Sequence record: SRR31156797_6884 | Reading direction: 5' to 3' (one strand) | DNA length: 64,000 nucleotides | Shown: positions 20,456 to 31,896 of the stretch, piece after piece | How positions within the stretch are numbered: the stretch's first letter is position 1 | Layout of the letters: every line of letters begins with the position of its first letter | Translations under genes and position numbers: made by a program | Notes under the pieces: generated by a model | Told to the model about the DNA's origin: nothing | What the model saw: the letters and a program-made list of their open reading frames with translations, nothing else | Database searches by the model: none

Positions 20456-21820
20456 TCAATATTGAGGTTTATAACCAGCTAGTTCCGGTAGCCATAATGA
20501 AAGTGAAGGGAACAAAGTAACTATCGTCAACGTGATGACCATGAGGACGAATAGTGGTAACAATTTAGGAACAACTGAACCTAACTTACTACCTGTTACA
20601 CTACAACCAACGAACAGCGCTGTGCCTACTGGTGGTGTACAGATACCAATACATAAGTTAAATACTAAGATGATCCCAAAGTGTACTGGGTCAATACCAA
20701 GTGTCATTGCAATTGGTAAGAAAATTGGTGTGAAGATCAGTACCGCTGGCGTCATATCCATAAAGGTACCAACCACTAACAAAATCAGGTTCATCAATAA
20801 GATAACCATGATTGGGTTCGTTGATGTTTCTAATACGAAATCTGCGATTTGTGTTGGAATGTCCGCGTTTGCCATCGCCCAAGACATCGCTGAAGACGTT
20901 GCAACCATTAACAGTACGATTGACGTTGTAATAACACTGTCTACCAATACAGGAAACAAATCGTTGAGCTTCAGTTCACGGTAAGCAAAACCCAGGAACA
21001 GTGCATACACTACAGCGATAGCTGATGCTTCTGTTGCTGTGAAAATACCGCCAAGAATACCACCCATGATAACGATAACCAGAGTCAAACTTGGAATCGC
21101 ATCCCAGATAACTTTACGCTTTCTCTCTGTCTGAATGATTCTGTCACGAGGGATGTTGTATTTTTTACCCAGTAAAAAGATACCAACCATCACACTCAAA
21201 CCCATCATAATCCCAGGAATGTAACCCGCAATGAATAGGTATTGAACAGAAGTGCTACTGACAAGAGCAAACAAGATCAAAATGTTTGATGGCGGAATCA
21301 AAAGACCAGAAGGACAAGACGCAACGTTAACGGCTGTTGAAAAGTCCATTGGGTACTTACGTTCTTCCTGCAGTGGCTTCATGATACCACCAACCGCAGC
21401 AGCAGAAGCCGTTGCCGAACCAGACAAAGAACCAAACAACATGTTTGCCATTACGTTCACGTGTGATAGAGAACCCGGTAAACGACCACCAAAGATCATT
21501 ACAAAGTTAATCAGACGTGAAGCAAGACCGCCTCGGTTCATCAAGTTACCGGCCACAATGAAGAACGGCAATGCGAGCAAGCCGAAGTTATCCAGACCGT
21601 TAGCCAGTTTCTGTGAAACCAAGATGGTTACGTGTTCTACAGGGAAATCGATAAATACTGTAAACAGAGCCGCGATACCAATTGAGAACGCAATTGGTAC
21701 ACCAACTAATAGTAGTATCCCTAGAACACCGAACAGGACAAATACAGGGAAAAAGTTATAAAAAGCATCAGGAGCATTATCTAAAAACTCAGCTGAAAAT
21801 AATAAATCCATCAAAGTCAT
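20456..21820 (-). CDS. dctM: TRAP transporter large permease
   Basis: LLALPFFIVAGNLM, GSLSGSA, LIPPS, TPPVG. Confidence 0.93.
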   Translation of the reverse strand: MTLMDLLFSAEFLDNAPDAFYNFFPVFVLFGVLGILLLVGVPIAFSIGIAALFTVFIDFPVEHVTILVSQKLANGLDNFGLLALPFFIVAGNLMNRGGLASRLINFVMIFGGRLPGSLSHVNVMANMLFGSLSGSATASAAAVGGIMKPLQEERKYPMDFSTAVNVASCPSGLLIPPSNILILFALVSSTSVQYLFIAGYIPGIMMGLSVMVGIFLLGKKYNIPRDRIIQTERKRKVIWDAIPSLTLVIVIMGGILGGIFTATEASAIAVVYALFLGFAYRELKLNDLFPVLVDSVITTSIVLLMVATSSAMSWAMANADIPTQIADFVLETSTNPIMVILLMNLILLVVGTFMDMTPAVLIFTPIFLPIAMTLGIDPVHFGIILVFNLCIGICTPPVGTALFVGCSVTGSKLGSVVPKLLPLFVLMVITLTIVTLFPSLSLWLPELAGYKPQY

Positions 21821-22353
21821 TTTGAATATCCTTCTGCTGTAACTCGATTGTCTTTATTCGTCAACATAAGAATTGAAGTAATGATGTCGACAATACCGAA
21901 GTAAGTAATAATGTAGCCAGCAAGTGGTACGACAACATATACGTACCCAATCAAAAGGTGTTCTCCACCGATAACGATGCCCGGAGAAATCTGACCATGT
22001 TGCAGCGTGTTACTTACCAGAGCATGCCCACCATAAATGAAGGTGACAGCGGAAAAAGCGATAACAACAACATTGATAAAAATACCAAGGATGAGTTGTC
22101 CTCTATCACCTAACTTTGAATGTAAGAGCTCCAGAGCTAAGTGACGTTTAACTGCAAAGGTATAAGCGCCACCTAGTACACCAATCCAGATTAATAAATA
22201 GCGAGACAGTTCATCAGTAAAATTTGATGGGTCTTGCATAACGAAACGAGTGAATACTTGCCAAACAACCGTAATAATCATCACGGTCATAAATACGCTT
22301 AAGACAACGCGTAATAAACTGTTTATATAAGAGTTTATAGACTTAATTATCAT
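21817..22353 (-). CDS. dctQ: TRAP transporter small permease
   Basis: Start moved to MIIKSIN; WQVFTRF...DELSRYLLIW; four TM helices. Confidence 0.88.
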   Translation of the reverse strand: MIIKSINSYINSLLRVVLSVFMTVMIITVVWQVFTRFVMQDPSNFTDELSRYLLIWIGVLGGAYTFAVKRHLALELLHSKLGDRGQLILGIFINVVVIAFSAVTFIYGGHALVSNTLQHGQISPGIVIGGEHLLIGYVYVVVPLAGYIITYFGIVDIITSILMLTNKDNRVTAEGYSK

Positions 22354-22528
22354 AGTAATTAATCTCTTAAAGTTGTTTTGTTCCCATCTGATCGCTATGC
22401 ATAATCCTTTACTACATAACCAATCAGTTGGCACTTCCCTGAATAGTGTGTGTCGCTTGCAATCTTCACAAAGTACTATTCGTAAACTATTGTCACTTGA
22501 ATAACCAATGACTGTGCTAATCCTACAT

Positions 22529-22540
22529 TTGGTATAACAA
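22529..22540. promoter_or_regulatory. ExuR/UxuR-type operator
   Basis: TTGGTATAACAA, the exact reverse complement of the site at 28022-28033. Confidence 0.7.
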
Positions 22541-22735
22541 TAAAAAATTGGTCTAAGTCATGAAACGAAACAGTCTTTCATTTTTTTGTGTAAAGTATGA
22601 TCACCTTTAAACTTTTGACAAAAAACTCACTTTACTGGGTCATTAATTAATCAAAACGGCGCTTAAATCATGTTTATTTCCATATTTTGCATTTAATATC
22701 GCACACAAATGGTAGAACAAATAAGGACAACCTGT

Positions 22736-24148
22736 ATGACATCTTTTCTTTCGGAGGATTTTTTACTCCACAACGAGTTTGCTAAGCGTCTATATCACGA
22801 AGTAGCAGCGGATTTACCTATCATCGACTACCACTGTCATCTACCGCCTCATCAGGTATCAACAGATTATCGATTTGAAAACCTGACAGATATCTGGCTT
22901 CGCGGCGACCATTACAAATGGCGTGCAATGCGAATCAACGGTGTAGATGAGCGTTTCTGTACTGGTGATGCATCAGATAAAGAGAAGTTTTTAGCCTTCG
23001 CTCGTACGGTTCCGTACACAATTGGTAACCCTATCTATCACTGGGCACATTTAGAACTGCGTCGTCCATTTGGTATATCAGGTATCGTACTAAATGAAGA
23101 CACCGCTGAACGCGTGTGGAATGAAACTAACGAAATGTTAGCAACGCCAGAATTCAGCGCGCGTTCTATCATGCAGAAAATGAATGTTGAGATGGTGGGT
23201 ACAACCGATGACCCAATCGACGACCTTTCTGCTCATAAAGTCGTTGCTGAAGATAAAGACTTCCCAGTACAAATGCTTCCTAGCTGGCGACCAGACAAAG
23301 CGTTCAATGTTCACCTAGAGACATTCCCTGCTTATATAGAAGCACTTTCTAAAGCTGCCGATGTTGACATTACACGCTTTGCTGATTTGTGTGATGCATT
23401 AGATAAACGCCTACAGCACTTCGCAGATCACGGTTGCTGTGTAACGGACCACGCTTTAGATACGGTTTGTTATGAAGATTCAACAGAGCAAGAGTTAGAC
23501 GCAATTCTTGCAAAACGTCTAAATGGTGGCGAAGTTTCAGAATTCGAAACTGCACAGTTTAAAACTGCAGTATTGGTTTACCTAGGTAAAGAATACGCGA
23601 AACGCGGTTGGGTTCAGCAATACCATATTGGTGCTCTGCGTAACAATAACGAACGTATGTTCAAACTGTTAGGCCCAGATACTGGTTTTGATTCTATTAA
23701 TGATGGTTTGGTTGCAATGCCTTTAGCACGTCTTCTTGATGCGCTGGATCGTGACAATGCACTACCGAAAACCATCCTTTATGGATTAAACCCTCGTGAC
23801 AACGAAGTGTTAGCGACCATGTGCGGCAACTTCCAGGACGGTAGCATCGAAGGCAAGATCCAATTCGGTTCTGGCTGGTGGTTCAACGACCAGAAAGACG
23901 GTATGGAACGTCAAATGACTCAGCTAGCTCAACTTGGTCTGTTAAGCCGCTTCGTTGGTATGCTAACTGACAGCCGTAGCTTCATGTCTTACACGCGCCA
24001 TGAATATTTCCGTCGAATCCTTTGCCAAATGATTGGTAAATGGGTTGAAGATGGTGAAGTTCCTGCTGATTTCGAGCTACTTAGCCGCATGGTCAGAGAC
24101 ATTTGCTACTACAACGCAAAAAACTACTTCGGTATCACCGCTAAATAA
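22736..24148 (+). CDS. uxaC: Uronate isomerase
   Basis: [30 protein letters not shown]; start at MTSFLSEDF with AAGGA RBS. Confidence 0.97.
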   Translation: MTSFLSEDFLLHNEFAKRLYHEVAADLPIIDYHCHLPPHQVSTDYRFENLTDIWLRGDHYKWRAMRINGVDERFCTGDASDKEKFLAFARTVPYTIGNPIYHWAHLELRRPFGISGIVLNEDTAERVWNETNEMLATPEFSARSIMQKMNVEMVGTTDDPIDDLSAHKVVAEDKDFPVQMLPSWRPDKAFNVHLETFPAYIEALSKAADVDITRFADLCDALDKRLQHFADHGCCVTDHALDTVCYEDSTEQELDAILAKRLNGGEVSEFETAQFKTAVLVYLGKEYAKRGWVQQYHIGALRNNNERMFKLLGPDTGFDSINDGLVAMPLARLLDALDRDNALPKTILYGLNPRDNEVLATMCGNFQDGSIEGKIQFGSGWWFNDQKDGMERQMTQLAQLGLLSRFVGMLTDSRSFMSYTRHEYFRRILCQMIGKWVEDGEVPADFELLSRMVRDICYYNAKNYFGITAK

Positions 24149-24216
24149 CACTTTCTGCTGTTGATGCTTTGACTCGTCCTCAGGCTTCAACAGCAGCCTT
24201 TCTACAGGTAATTCAT

Positions 24217-25677
24217 ATGAAACAGCTAAACCGTGACACGTATCCCGGTCCATCTTATCCGACCAAAATCATTCAATTTGGTGAAGGTAACTTTCTACGT
24301 GCATTTTTAGACTGGCAAATAGATCAACTGAATGAACACACTAATTTCAATGCTGGTATCAGTGTTGTTCGCCCAATTGATACTGATTTCCCACCAAGCC
24401 TGAACACTCAGCAAGGAATCTACACCACACTGATTCGTGGTTTAGACGAAACTGGTCAGGCAGTTTCTCAATCACGCATCGTTTATTCTGTAAACGAAGA
24501 GCTTTCTGCTTATCGTGATTTTGCAAACTTACTACAGCTATCTCGTGATCCTGAAACCAAGTTTGTTTTTTCCAATACCACTGAAGCCGGTATTGCATTT
24601 GTACCAAGTGATCAATTAGATGATGTGCCACCGAGCAGCTACCCAGCCAAGCTGACACGCATGCTGTGGGAACGATACACCCATTTCAGTGGTGCCGAAG
24701 ACAAAGGTTGGATCATCGTTCCATGTGAACTGATTGACTACAACGGAGAATGTTTGAAAGAAATCATTCTGCGTTATGTTGACACATGGCAACTGCCTGC
24801 AGAATTTAAACAATGGGTCGAAAGTGCCAATACATTCTGTTCAACACTCGTTGACCGTATTGTTACAGGTTATCCAAAAGATGAAGTCAGCCAGCTAGAA
24901 TCAGAACTGGGTTACCAAGATACCTTCATGGTGAGCGCTGAAAACTTCTACCTGTTCGTTATTCAGGGTCCACAATGGCTAAATCAGGCATTGTGCTTAG
25001 ATCAACTCAGTTCAGAACAGTCACTCAACATCAAGATCGTTGATGACATCAAACCCTATAAAGAACGAAAAGTAGCCATTCTTAATGGTGCACATACCGC
25101 TTTAGTACCCGTGGCTTTCCAGTCTGGTATTGATACGGTTGGCGAAAGTATGGCTGATGAACAAATGGCTGCTTATCTGAAAGAAGTCATGTTCTCAGAG
25201 ATCATTCCAACATTGTCATTACCAAAAGATGAGCTGAATGCCTTTGCACAAGATGTGGAATACCGATTTAAGAATCCTTACATCAAACACCTATTGCTGT
25301 CGATTTCACTGAACAGCATGACAAAATTCAAAACTCGAATTTTGCCTCAATTATTAACGTACCAAAAAACCACTAACGAACTGCCACGTTACTTAAGCTT
25401 CGCGCTTGCGGCGTTAATTACTTTCTACCGTGGGGAACGTCAAGACGGCAACTATCCGCTTAACGATGACCAACCATGGTTAGATCTCTTCGCTTCAGAG
25501 TGGCCGAAAGTTACATCAGGTGAAGCAACGTATGCTTCTTTGGTGAATACCGTATTGGGCGATGCTACTCACTGGGGAGAAGATTTGACTCAAATACCAG
25601 GACTTGCAGAGTGTGTCACTGCCCATGTTGAGCGTATCTGCCAACTCGGTATGCGAGAAGCACTTGCTGGCTGTTAA
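24217..25677 (+). CDS. uxaB: Tagaturonate reductase (altronate oxidoreductase)
   Basis: [41 protein letters not shown]. Confidence 0.96.
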   Translation: MKQLNRDTYPGPSYPTKIIQFGEGNFLRAFLDWQIDQLNEHTNFNAGISVVRPIDTDFPPSLNTQQGIYTTLIRGLDETGQAVSQSRIVYSVNEELSAYRDFANLLQLSRDPETKFVFSNTTEAGIAFVPSDQLDDVPPSSYPAKLTRMLWERYTHFSGAEDKGWIIVPCELIDYNGECLKEIILRYVDTWQLPAEFKQWVESANTFCSTLVDRIVTGYPKDEVSQLESELGYQDTFMVSAENFYLFVIQGPQWLNQALCLDQLSSEQSLNIKIVDDIKPYKERKVAILNGAHTALVPVAFQSGIDTVGESMADEQMAAYLKEVMFSEIIPTLSLPKDELNAFAQDVEYRFKNPYIKHLLLSISLNSMTKFKTRILPQLLTYQKTTNELPRYLSFALAALITFYRGERQDGNYPLNDDQPWLDLFASEWPKVTSGEATYASLVNTVLGDATHWGEDLTQIPGLAECVTAHVERICQLGMREALAGC

Positions 25678-25686
25678 GGAGAGAAT

Positions 25687-27174
25687 ATGAACTCTTTAAT
25701 TAAAATTCACCCAGCAGACAATGTCGCCGTTGCACTTCAGGATTTGAGCGCCGGTACGACAGTGGTTGTTGATGATCAAGAAATCGTATTGCTTGAGGAT
25801 GTACCTCAGGCACACAAAGTTGCACTGCAAACTTTTGCTCAAGATGAACTGGTCATCAAATATGGCTGTCCGATCGGGCATGCGCTGCGTACCATTGAGT
25901 TTGGCCATCGTGTGGACCAAGACAATATTCGTACTAACCTAAGTGACTTAAACGAATATCAGTATGAGCCTGAATTCCAAACGGTAAACAGTGCACTTGA
26001 AAACAAACCGGTGAATATCTACCGTCGTGCAAACGGTGATGTCGGTATCCGTAACGAATTGTGGATTATCCCAACGGTTGGTTGCGTCAATGCCATGGCC
26101 AACATGATGAAAAAGCAATTCGAATCTGAAGTTGATATGTCATTGATTGATGGTGTACAGGTATTTACTCATCAATACGGCTGTTCTCAGTTGGGCGACG
26201 ACCACAATAACACTAAGCTTCTGCTTCAGAACTTAGTGAAACACCCGAACGCAGGAGGTGTTTTGGTGGTTGGCCTGGGCTGTGAAAACAATCAGGTTAA
26301 CGCATTCAGAGATACGTTAGGTGATTTTGACCAAGACCGTGTTCAATTCATGATCTGCCAAAAACAGGATGATGAAGTGGAATACGGTGTAGAGATGATG
26401 AAAAAACTCTACGAAGTGATGTCCAAAGATCAACGTGTTGAAGGACACCTAAACGAAGTTCGTTTCGGTCTTGAATGTGGTGGCTCTGATGGTTTCTCTG
26501 GTATTACAGCGAACCCACTACTGGGTCGTTTCTCTGACTATCTGGTTACTCACGGTGGTACTACCGTATTAACTGAAGTGCCAGAAATGTTTGGTGCCGA
26601 GCATATCCTAATGAGTCGCTGTGCTGACGAAAGCATTTTCGATAACACGGTTTCGATGATCAATAACTTCAAGCAGTACTTTATCGATCACAAGCAACCT
26701 ATTTACGAAAACCCATCACCGGGCAACAAAGCTGGCGGTATTTCTACTCTTGAAGAAAAATCACTGGGCTGTACTCAAAAAGCGGGATCCAGCCAAGTTA
26801 TGGACGTTCTAAAATATGGTGAACGCCTAACTAAACCAGGCCTGAACCTACTTAGTGCGCCGGGTAACGACGCTATCGCAACCTCCGCTCTTGCAATGGC
26901 TGGATGTCATATGGTGCTGTTCAGTACAGGTCGCGGTACGCCTTATGGTGGCCCCGTTCCAACATTGAAACTGGCAACCAACAGTGATTTAGCTCGTCGT
27001 AAGCCACACTGGATCGACTTCAACGCCGGCTCGCTGGTGGAAGGGACTCCAATGGATACTTTACTCGAGCAATTTGTCGACAAAGTTGCTGACTTCGTAA
27101 ACGGCGAACCTACTCGCAATGAACTGAATGAGTTCCGTGAAATCGCGGTATTCAAAAGTGGTGTAACACTTTAA
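25687..27174 (+). CDS. uxaA: Altronate dehydratase
   Basis: SAF N-terminus, GCSQLGDD, CGGSDGFSG, FSTGRGTPYG. Confidence 0.96.
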   Translation: MNSLIKIHPADNVAVALQDLSAGTTVVVDDQEIVLLEDVPQAHKVALQTFAQDELVIKYGCPIGHALRTIEFGHRVDQDNIRTNLSDLNEYQYEPEFQTVNSALENKPVNIYRRANGDVGIRNELWIIPTVGCVNAMANMMKKQFESEVDMSLIDGVQVFTHQYGCSQLGDDHNNTKLLLQNLVKHPNAGGVLVVGLGCENNQVNAFRDTLGDFDQDRVQFMICQKQDDEVEYGVEMMKKLYEVMSKDQRVEGHLNEVRFGLECGGSDGFSGITANPLLGRFSDYLVTHGGTTVLTEVPEMFGAEHILMSRCADESIFDNTVSMINNFKQYFIDHKQPIYENPSPGNKAGGISTLEEKSLGCTQKAGSSQVMDVLKYGERLTKPGLNLLSAPGNDAIATSALAMAGCHMVLFSTGRGTPYGGPVPTLKLATNSDLARRKPHWIDFNAGSLVEGTPMDTLLEQFVDKVADFVNGEPTRNELNEFREIAVFKSGVTL

Positions 27175-27192
27175 TCCGTTTGGTCTAAGAAC

Positions 27193-27226
27193 AACAAAGG
27201 CTACCCAAGGGTAGCCTTTGTTTTTT
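27193..27226. terminator. Bidirectional terminator
   Basis: ACAAAGGCTACCC-AA-GGGTAGCCTTTGTTTTTT. Confidence 0.85.
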
Positions 27227-27241
27227 AATAAATCGCAACAG

Positions 27242-28003
27242 TTAAGAAGCAGTAATCGGACTTTCAGAAAACAAGAAACGATCATAATCATCGTTTGACG
27301 CATCAAAGAGCATGGTTTTTGTGTTCTCTATATGCAGCCATGCTGCCTGTCGTGCAGCCGCGGGATCTCTCTGAATCAATGCCTGTACAATTGCATCATG
27401 GTCAGTGCACCAACTACGGATTTTGTTATCTTCGATATGCTCGTGAAGCTTTTTCCAATAAGGGTTATTCTCACGATGCTTAGACAACATTTCTGCAATA
27501 TGAACCACTACTGAGTTTTGAGTACAGCGCGCAAGTTGAATATGAAACTCGGTATCCCAATAAGAATCTCTTGAGCAATCATCCAGCTTTGCTTGCTCCT
27601 GAATCTTCATCAGCGCAACCAAATCCTGCTTCGTCGCTTGAGTAGCCGCAAACTCAGCAATATTACTTTCAAAAAGTTGACGAGCTTGAAGAAGCTCAAA
27701 TGGACCACAAGTGAGTATGAAATTCATAGAACTCATGTCTAAACCTGAATCAGGAGACACAGTTGATACTGCCGGTTCCGCTTGAGTGTTAATCACTCGA
27801 ATTCCCGACCCTTTACGAACTTCAACAAATCCTTCAACTTCAAGCATTATCATTGCTTCACGGATTACGGTTCGACTTACTTCCATCTGTTCCGCAATAA
27901 CACGTTCCGCAGGTAGCATGTCCCCCACTTTATAAACACCATTGGCGATTTCTGATTTAAAGTGGTTGGCTATTTTTTGATAAAGCTTAACATTCGGTTC
28001 CAT
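27242..28003 (-). CDS. exuR: GntR/FadR-family hexuronate regulator (ExuR-like)
   Basis: LPAER...[22 protein letters not shown]; adjacent to uxaCBA. Confidence 0.8.
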   Translation of the reverse strand: MEPNVKLYQKIANHFKSEIANGVYKVGDMLPAERVIAEQMEVSRTVIREAMIMLEVEGFVEVRKGSGIRVINTQAEPAVSTVSPDSGLDMSSMNFILTCGPFELLQARQLFESNIAEFAATQATKQDLVALMKIQEQAKLDDCSRDSYWDTEFHIQLARCTQNSVVVHIAEMLSKHRENNPYWKKLHEHIEDNKIRSWCTDHDAIVQALIQRDPAAARQAAWLHIENTKTMLFDASNDDYDRFLFSESPITAS

Positions 28004-28021
28004 ATTAATCTCATAGACAAC

Positions 28022-28033
28022 TTGTTATACCAA
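28022..28033. promoter_or_regulatory. ExuR/UxuR-type operator (autoregulatory)
   Basis: TTGTTATACCAA 18 bp upstream of the exuR start. Confidence 0.7.
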
Positions 28034-28194
28034 TTGATTAGAGCTTAACATAGTTAGTAATCCAATCCCTAGATAAAACTTTGGTCTAGTGTCAAAGTTT
28101 TAAAAAACATTCGACGCAAATAAAAAAACCTTTCACGTGCTGAAGTAATCACTCTTTGTTAATATTTTTTCTTTATAGAAAAGAGTGGCTAAAT

Positions 28195-28881
28195 ATGACG
28201 ATTGAAAAGTATGCAACAATTTATCATCGAGCAGCGGAGCGTAAAGGCGGCAACGATAATCTTGAGTTGTTAATTAGTAAGCCACTCACTAGAGGCGAGA
28301 TAGCAAAAATTCCTGAAGATCGCTGGTTATCCGCATTTAGTATGAAGGTATTTCAGTCTGGCATTTCATGGCAAGTGGTGAGAAACAAATGGCCTAACTT
28401 CGAAGAGCTGTTCTTTGGTTTTAAAATTGATCCACTATTGATGCTTTCGGACGAAATTTGGGAACAAAAAGCACAGGATCCAAAAATCATTCGTCACCTG
28501 ACCAAAGTTATGTCTATTCCGCAAAACGCTCGTATGATTTACGAAGCTCGCATAGACCACGGTTCATTCAGCCAGATGGTTGCAGACTGGCCTTTGGAGG
28601 ATATTACCGGGCTTTGGCAGTACATGAAAAAGCATGGCAATCGTCTAGGCGGCAATACTGGCCCCTATACGCTGCGTCAGATGGGTGCTGATACGTTTAT
28701 ATTCTCAACCGACGTTGAAGCTTATCTACGTAACACTGGTATCATCGACAGCGCAAAAACCACTAAGCGTGCCATGGCCGCAGCCAACAAAGCATTCAGC
28801 CAATGGCGTGAAGAATCCGGACGTAGCCTAAGTGAAATCAGTCAAATCATCGCTTACAGTACCGGCGATAATCGGGTTTAG
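28195..28881 (+). CDS. DNA-3-methyladenine glycosylase I-like protein
   Basis: VFQSGISWQVVRNKWPNFEE, IIRHLTK, RLGGNTG. Confidence 0.8.
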   Translation: MTIEKYATIYHRAAERKGGNDNLELLISKPLTRGEIAKIPEDRWLSAFSMKVFQSGISWQVVRNKWPNFEELFFGFKIDPLLMLSDEIWEQKAQDPKIIRHLTKVMSIPQNARMIYEARIDHGSFSQMVADWPLEDITGLWQYMKKHGNRLGGNTGPYTLRQMGADTFIFSTDVEAYLRNTGIIDSAKTTKRAMAAANKAFSQWREESGRSLSEISQIIAYSTGDNRV

Positions 28882-29020
28882 TATTTTAACGCCAAGCTTA
28901 TGATATCTAGGTCTTACTGCATTCCCTAAAAGCAATTAAGGCACATCTTATTAAAGCGTTAAGTAGTAAAAAGGCCTCGCATTGAATACGAGGCCTTCCT
29001 TTAGAATGGTGTAAAGAAGC

Positions 29021-29881
29021 TTATTGAGGCTTCTTACTCAATACTGCATCAATATCGGCAGCACTGTGACGCTCTGCGACTTGTTCCCACTCTTCACCAA
29101 ACGTACGGTTCACAATGCGACCACGCTGAACCGCTGGGCGTTCTAACATCATTTTAGCCCAACGTTGAACATGTGTGTAAGACTCAACATCGAGGAACTC
29201 ACCTGCATTATACGCGTTGCCCAGAGCTAAATTACCGTACCAAGGCCAGATAGCGATATCGGCAATACTGATCTCTTCACCAGCAATAAAGGCATGTTTT
29301 GCCAGTTGCTTATCAAGCACGTCAAGCTGACGTTTCGCTTCCATAGCAAAGCGATTAATTGGGTACTCGAATTTCTCCGGTGCGTAGGCATAGAAGTGAC
29401 CAAAACCACCGCCTAAATATGGTGCAGAACCCTGAAGCCAGAACAGCCAGTTCATCACCTGAGCTCGCGCTGCACCCTCTTTTGGTAGGAAGTGACCAAA
29501 TTTCTCAGCAAGATAAAACAGAATATTGCCAGATTCAAAAACATTTACCGGCTCATCACCTGAACGGTCAACCATAGCTGGGATTTTCGAGTTTGGGTTA
29601 ACGTCAACAAAGCCTGAACCAAACTGATCACTTTCTCCGATACGGATCAGAAACGCATCATACTCAGCTTCAGTCACACCAAGAGCCAGTAACTCTTCAA
29701 GCATAATCGTCACTTTCTGACCGTTTGGTGTTCCCATAGAGTAAAGCTGGATTGGATGAGAACCGACAGGTAACTCTTTTTCAAAACGAGCACCTGAATC
29801 CGGACGGTTAATGCTCGCCCACTGACCACCATTTTCGCTGTCCATTGTCCAAACTTTTGGTGGGATATATTCGTTAGCCAT
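29021..29881 (-). CDS. yghU: Glutathione-dependent disulfide-bond oxidoreductase (Nu-class GST)
   Basis: YIPPKVW, SINRP, TPNGQK, NPNSKIP, FESG. Confidence 0.93.
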   Translation of the reverse strand: MANEYIPPKVWTMDSENGGQWASINRPDSGARFEKELPVGSHPIQLYSMGTPNGQKVTIMLEELLALGVTEAEYDAFLIRIGESDQFGSGFVDVNPNSKIPAMVDRSGDEPVNVFESGNILFYLAEKFGHFLPKEGAARAQVMNWLFWLQGSAPYLGGGFGHFYAYAPEKFEYPINRFAMEAKRQLDVLDKQLAKHAFIAGEEISIADIAIWPWYGNLALGNAYNAGEFLDVESYTHVQRWAKMMLERPAVQRGRIVNRTFGEEWEQVAERHSAADIDAVLSKKPQ

Positions 29882-30062
29882 GGTTTATCCTTATCTGTTT
29901 ACTAATGTTGTTCTGTAACTAGATATAAGGGCAAAATATGTCAGATAAAACCCTTTTGCCATTTTTAGTTATAACAATAAATTATGGCTCAACAGATGTG
30001 ATTATATAAAAACAAAAACGCCCCGTAGTTTTCGCTACGAGGCGTTTAGAAAACAGAACGAC

Positions 30063-30866
30063 TTAGAACGCGGGTTCAATCGTGCCACCGAACGTTTGCT
30101 GCATAAAATCACGAATCGGCTGTGACTGGTAAATTTCGACAAACTTCTTGTACGCTTCGTTATCTTTGTCCGCTTCACGGCTAGCAATAACCATTACCGC
30201 TAGAGGTGCCTGTTTAGATTCTAAATAGATACCTTGCTTTTTAGGATCTAAACCCGCTGACATCACGTAGTTCATCGTAATTGCAGCAGCATCAACGTCA
30301 TCCAGAGTGCGAGGCAGTTGAGCCGCATCCACTTCCAAAAATTCAAAGTTTTTCGGGTTATCAACAATGTCGTTCAACGATGCTTTAAAGCCAACGTCTT
30401 CCCTTAGGGTAATCAAACCTGCATCTTTAAACAGCAATAGACCGCGACCGCCGTTCGTTGGATCATTCGGGATCGCGATACGAGCACCTTCAGGCAGCTC
30501 TTCCAGTGATTTAAACTTGTTCGAATAAATGCCCATACGCATCAAAATTGATTCACCAATAGAAACCAGATGAGAATCATGACTGCTGTTGTAATTATTC
30601 AGGAAAGGCAAATGTTGATAACTGTTCAAGTCAATACTGCCATCTTCAAGAGCCGCATTCGGTGTGATGTAATCTGAGAACTCAACCACTTTTACGTTCA
30701 GGCCCTGTTTAGCGGCTTCTTTTGCTACAGCTTCAACGACTTGAGCATGAGGACCTACCGTTGCACCAACTGAAATTTCATTGGTTTCTTGATCGCCACA
30801 CGCAGCTAAGCCTAAAACAAGTGACGCTACTAAGCCCCACTTAGTGATGTTTTTTATTCCGTTCAT
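30063..30866 (-). CDS. metQ: MetQ/NlpA family lipoprotein
   Basis: LAAC lipobox, FSDYITPN, IPNDPTNGGR. Confidence 0.88.
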   Translation of the reverse strand: MNGIKNITKWGLVASLVLGLAACGDQETNEISVGATVGPHAQVVEAVAKEAAKQGLNVKVVEFSDYITPNAALEDGSIDLNSYQHLPFLNNYNSSHDSHLVSIGESILMRMGIYSNKFKSLEELPEGARIAIPNDPTNGGRGLLLFKDAGLITLREDVGFKASLNDIVDNPKNFEFLEVDAAQLPRTLDDVDAAAITMNYVMSAGLDPKKQGIYLESKQAPLAVMVIASREADKDNEAYKKFVEIYQSQPIRDFMQQTFGGTIEPAF

Positions 30867-30890
30867 AAACTCTTCCTTACCTAACCAATA

Positions 30891-30914
30891 AGACGTATAG
30901 CCGTCTAAACCGCC
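30891..30914. promoter_or_regulatory. Tandem MetJ boxes
   Basis: AGACGTAT-AGCCGTCT-AAACCGCC compared with the AGACGTCT consensus. Confidence 0.75.
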
Positions 30915-31070
30915 ATATTAACTAGAGTTTATGAATATGCAACAAAAATTTTGCTATAAGATATTCATTCATCGCTGCATTCAGAGCACCACAAATAACG
31001 ATTGAACTGAGATTTTGTTTTATCTACATTGATTGATGAGAGTTCAACTTCATCAAATAAAAAGGAATTT

Positions 31071-31775
31071 ATGAAAACACTACTCATCATTAACGTTGGG
31101 CAACCTCCACAACAGCAGTTAGAGAAATACGGTGATTTTGAACATTGGGCACACCGAGCTATCGGTGAAGAGGCCACTAACGTCACTTTTCTTGATGGTG
31201 TTCGTGACCCACTACCACCCTATGAATCTTTAGCGGGTGTGATCATTATGGGGTCGCTTTCCATGGTGACAGAGAAAACAGAATGGATGCTGAGATTGTC
31301 ACAAAACATTGTTGAACTCACTGAAAGGAACATTCCTTTATTGGGCATCTGTTTTGGCCACCAGCTCATTGCTCAGGCACTGGGTGGAGAAGCAGGATAT
31401 AATCCCAATGGGCTGGAAATAGGTACTGCGAAGCTTACTCGTCATCCATCTGCTGCAAACGACGTGTTATTTAACGAAATTCCACAAAGCTTCTCAGCTC
31501 AAACCGTGCACTTTCAATCAGTACTGCAACTTCCGCCGAATGCAACGTGTCTAGCCAAAAGCGACCTTGATCCACACCACGCTTTTAGAGTGGGAACCTA
31601 CACATGGGGAGTACAATTTCACCCGGAGTTTACTCCTGAAATCATGCAAGATAGCCTTATTGGTATGAAAGAGCATTTGGAGGCTTGTTTAAACCGCAAA
31701 ATAGAGCAAATTAGCCATACAGACCATGCAAAACAGGTCTTGGTCCGCTTTGCTCGATTATGTCAGAACAAATAA
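31071..31775 (+). CDS. Class I glutamine amidotransferase-like protein
   Basis: LGICFGHQ and QFHPE catalytic triad motifs. Confidence 0.88.
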   Translation: MKTLLIINVGQPPQQQLEKYGDFEHWAHRAIGEEATNVTFLDGVRDPLPPYESLAGVIIMGSLSMVTEKTEWMLRLSQNIVELTERNIPLLGICFGHQLIAQALGGEAGYNPNGLEIGTAKLTRHPSAANDVLFNEIPQSFSAQTVHFQSVLQLPPNATCLAKSDLDPHHAFRVGTYTWGVQFHPEFTPEIMQDSLIGMKEHLEACLNRKIEQISHTDHAKQVLVRFARLCQNK

Positions 31776-31896
31776 AGATGATCTTGTACAAATAATCAAC
31801 AATTTATAGTTTAATTAATACATACAGATGAACCATTCACATCTAGAATGAAATTTGTCCACCTAAGGTTTAAATTTCATTTCTAGGCTAGGTAGT

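Noticed and set aside
20532-21761. 150-aa and 169-aa plus-strand ORFs
   Set aside because: Antisense shadows of dctM.
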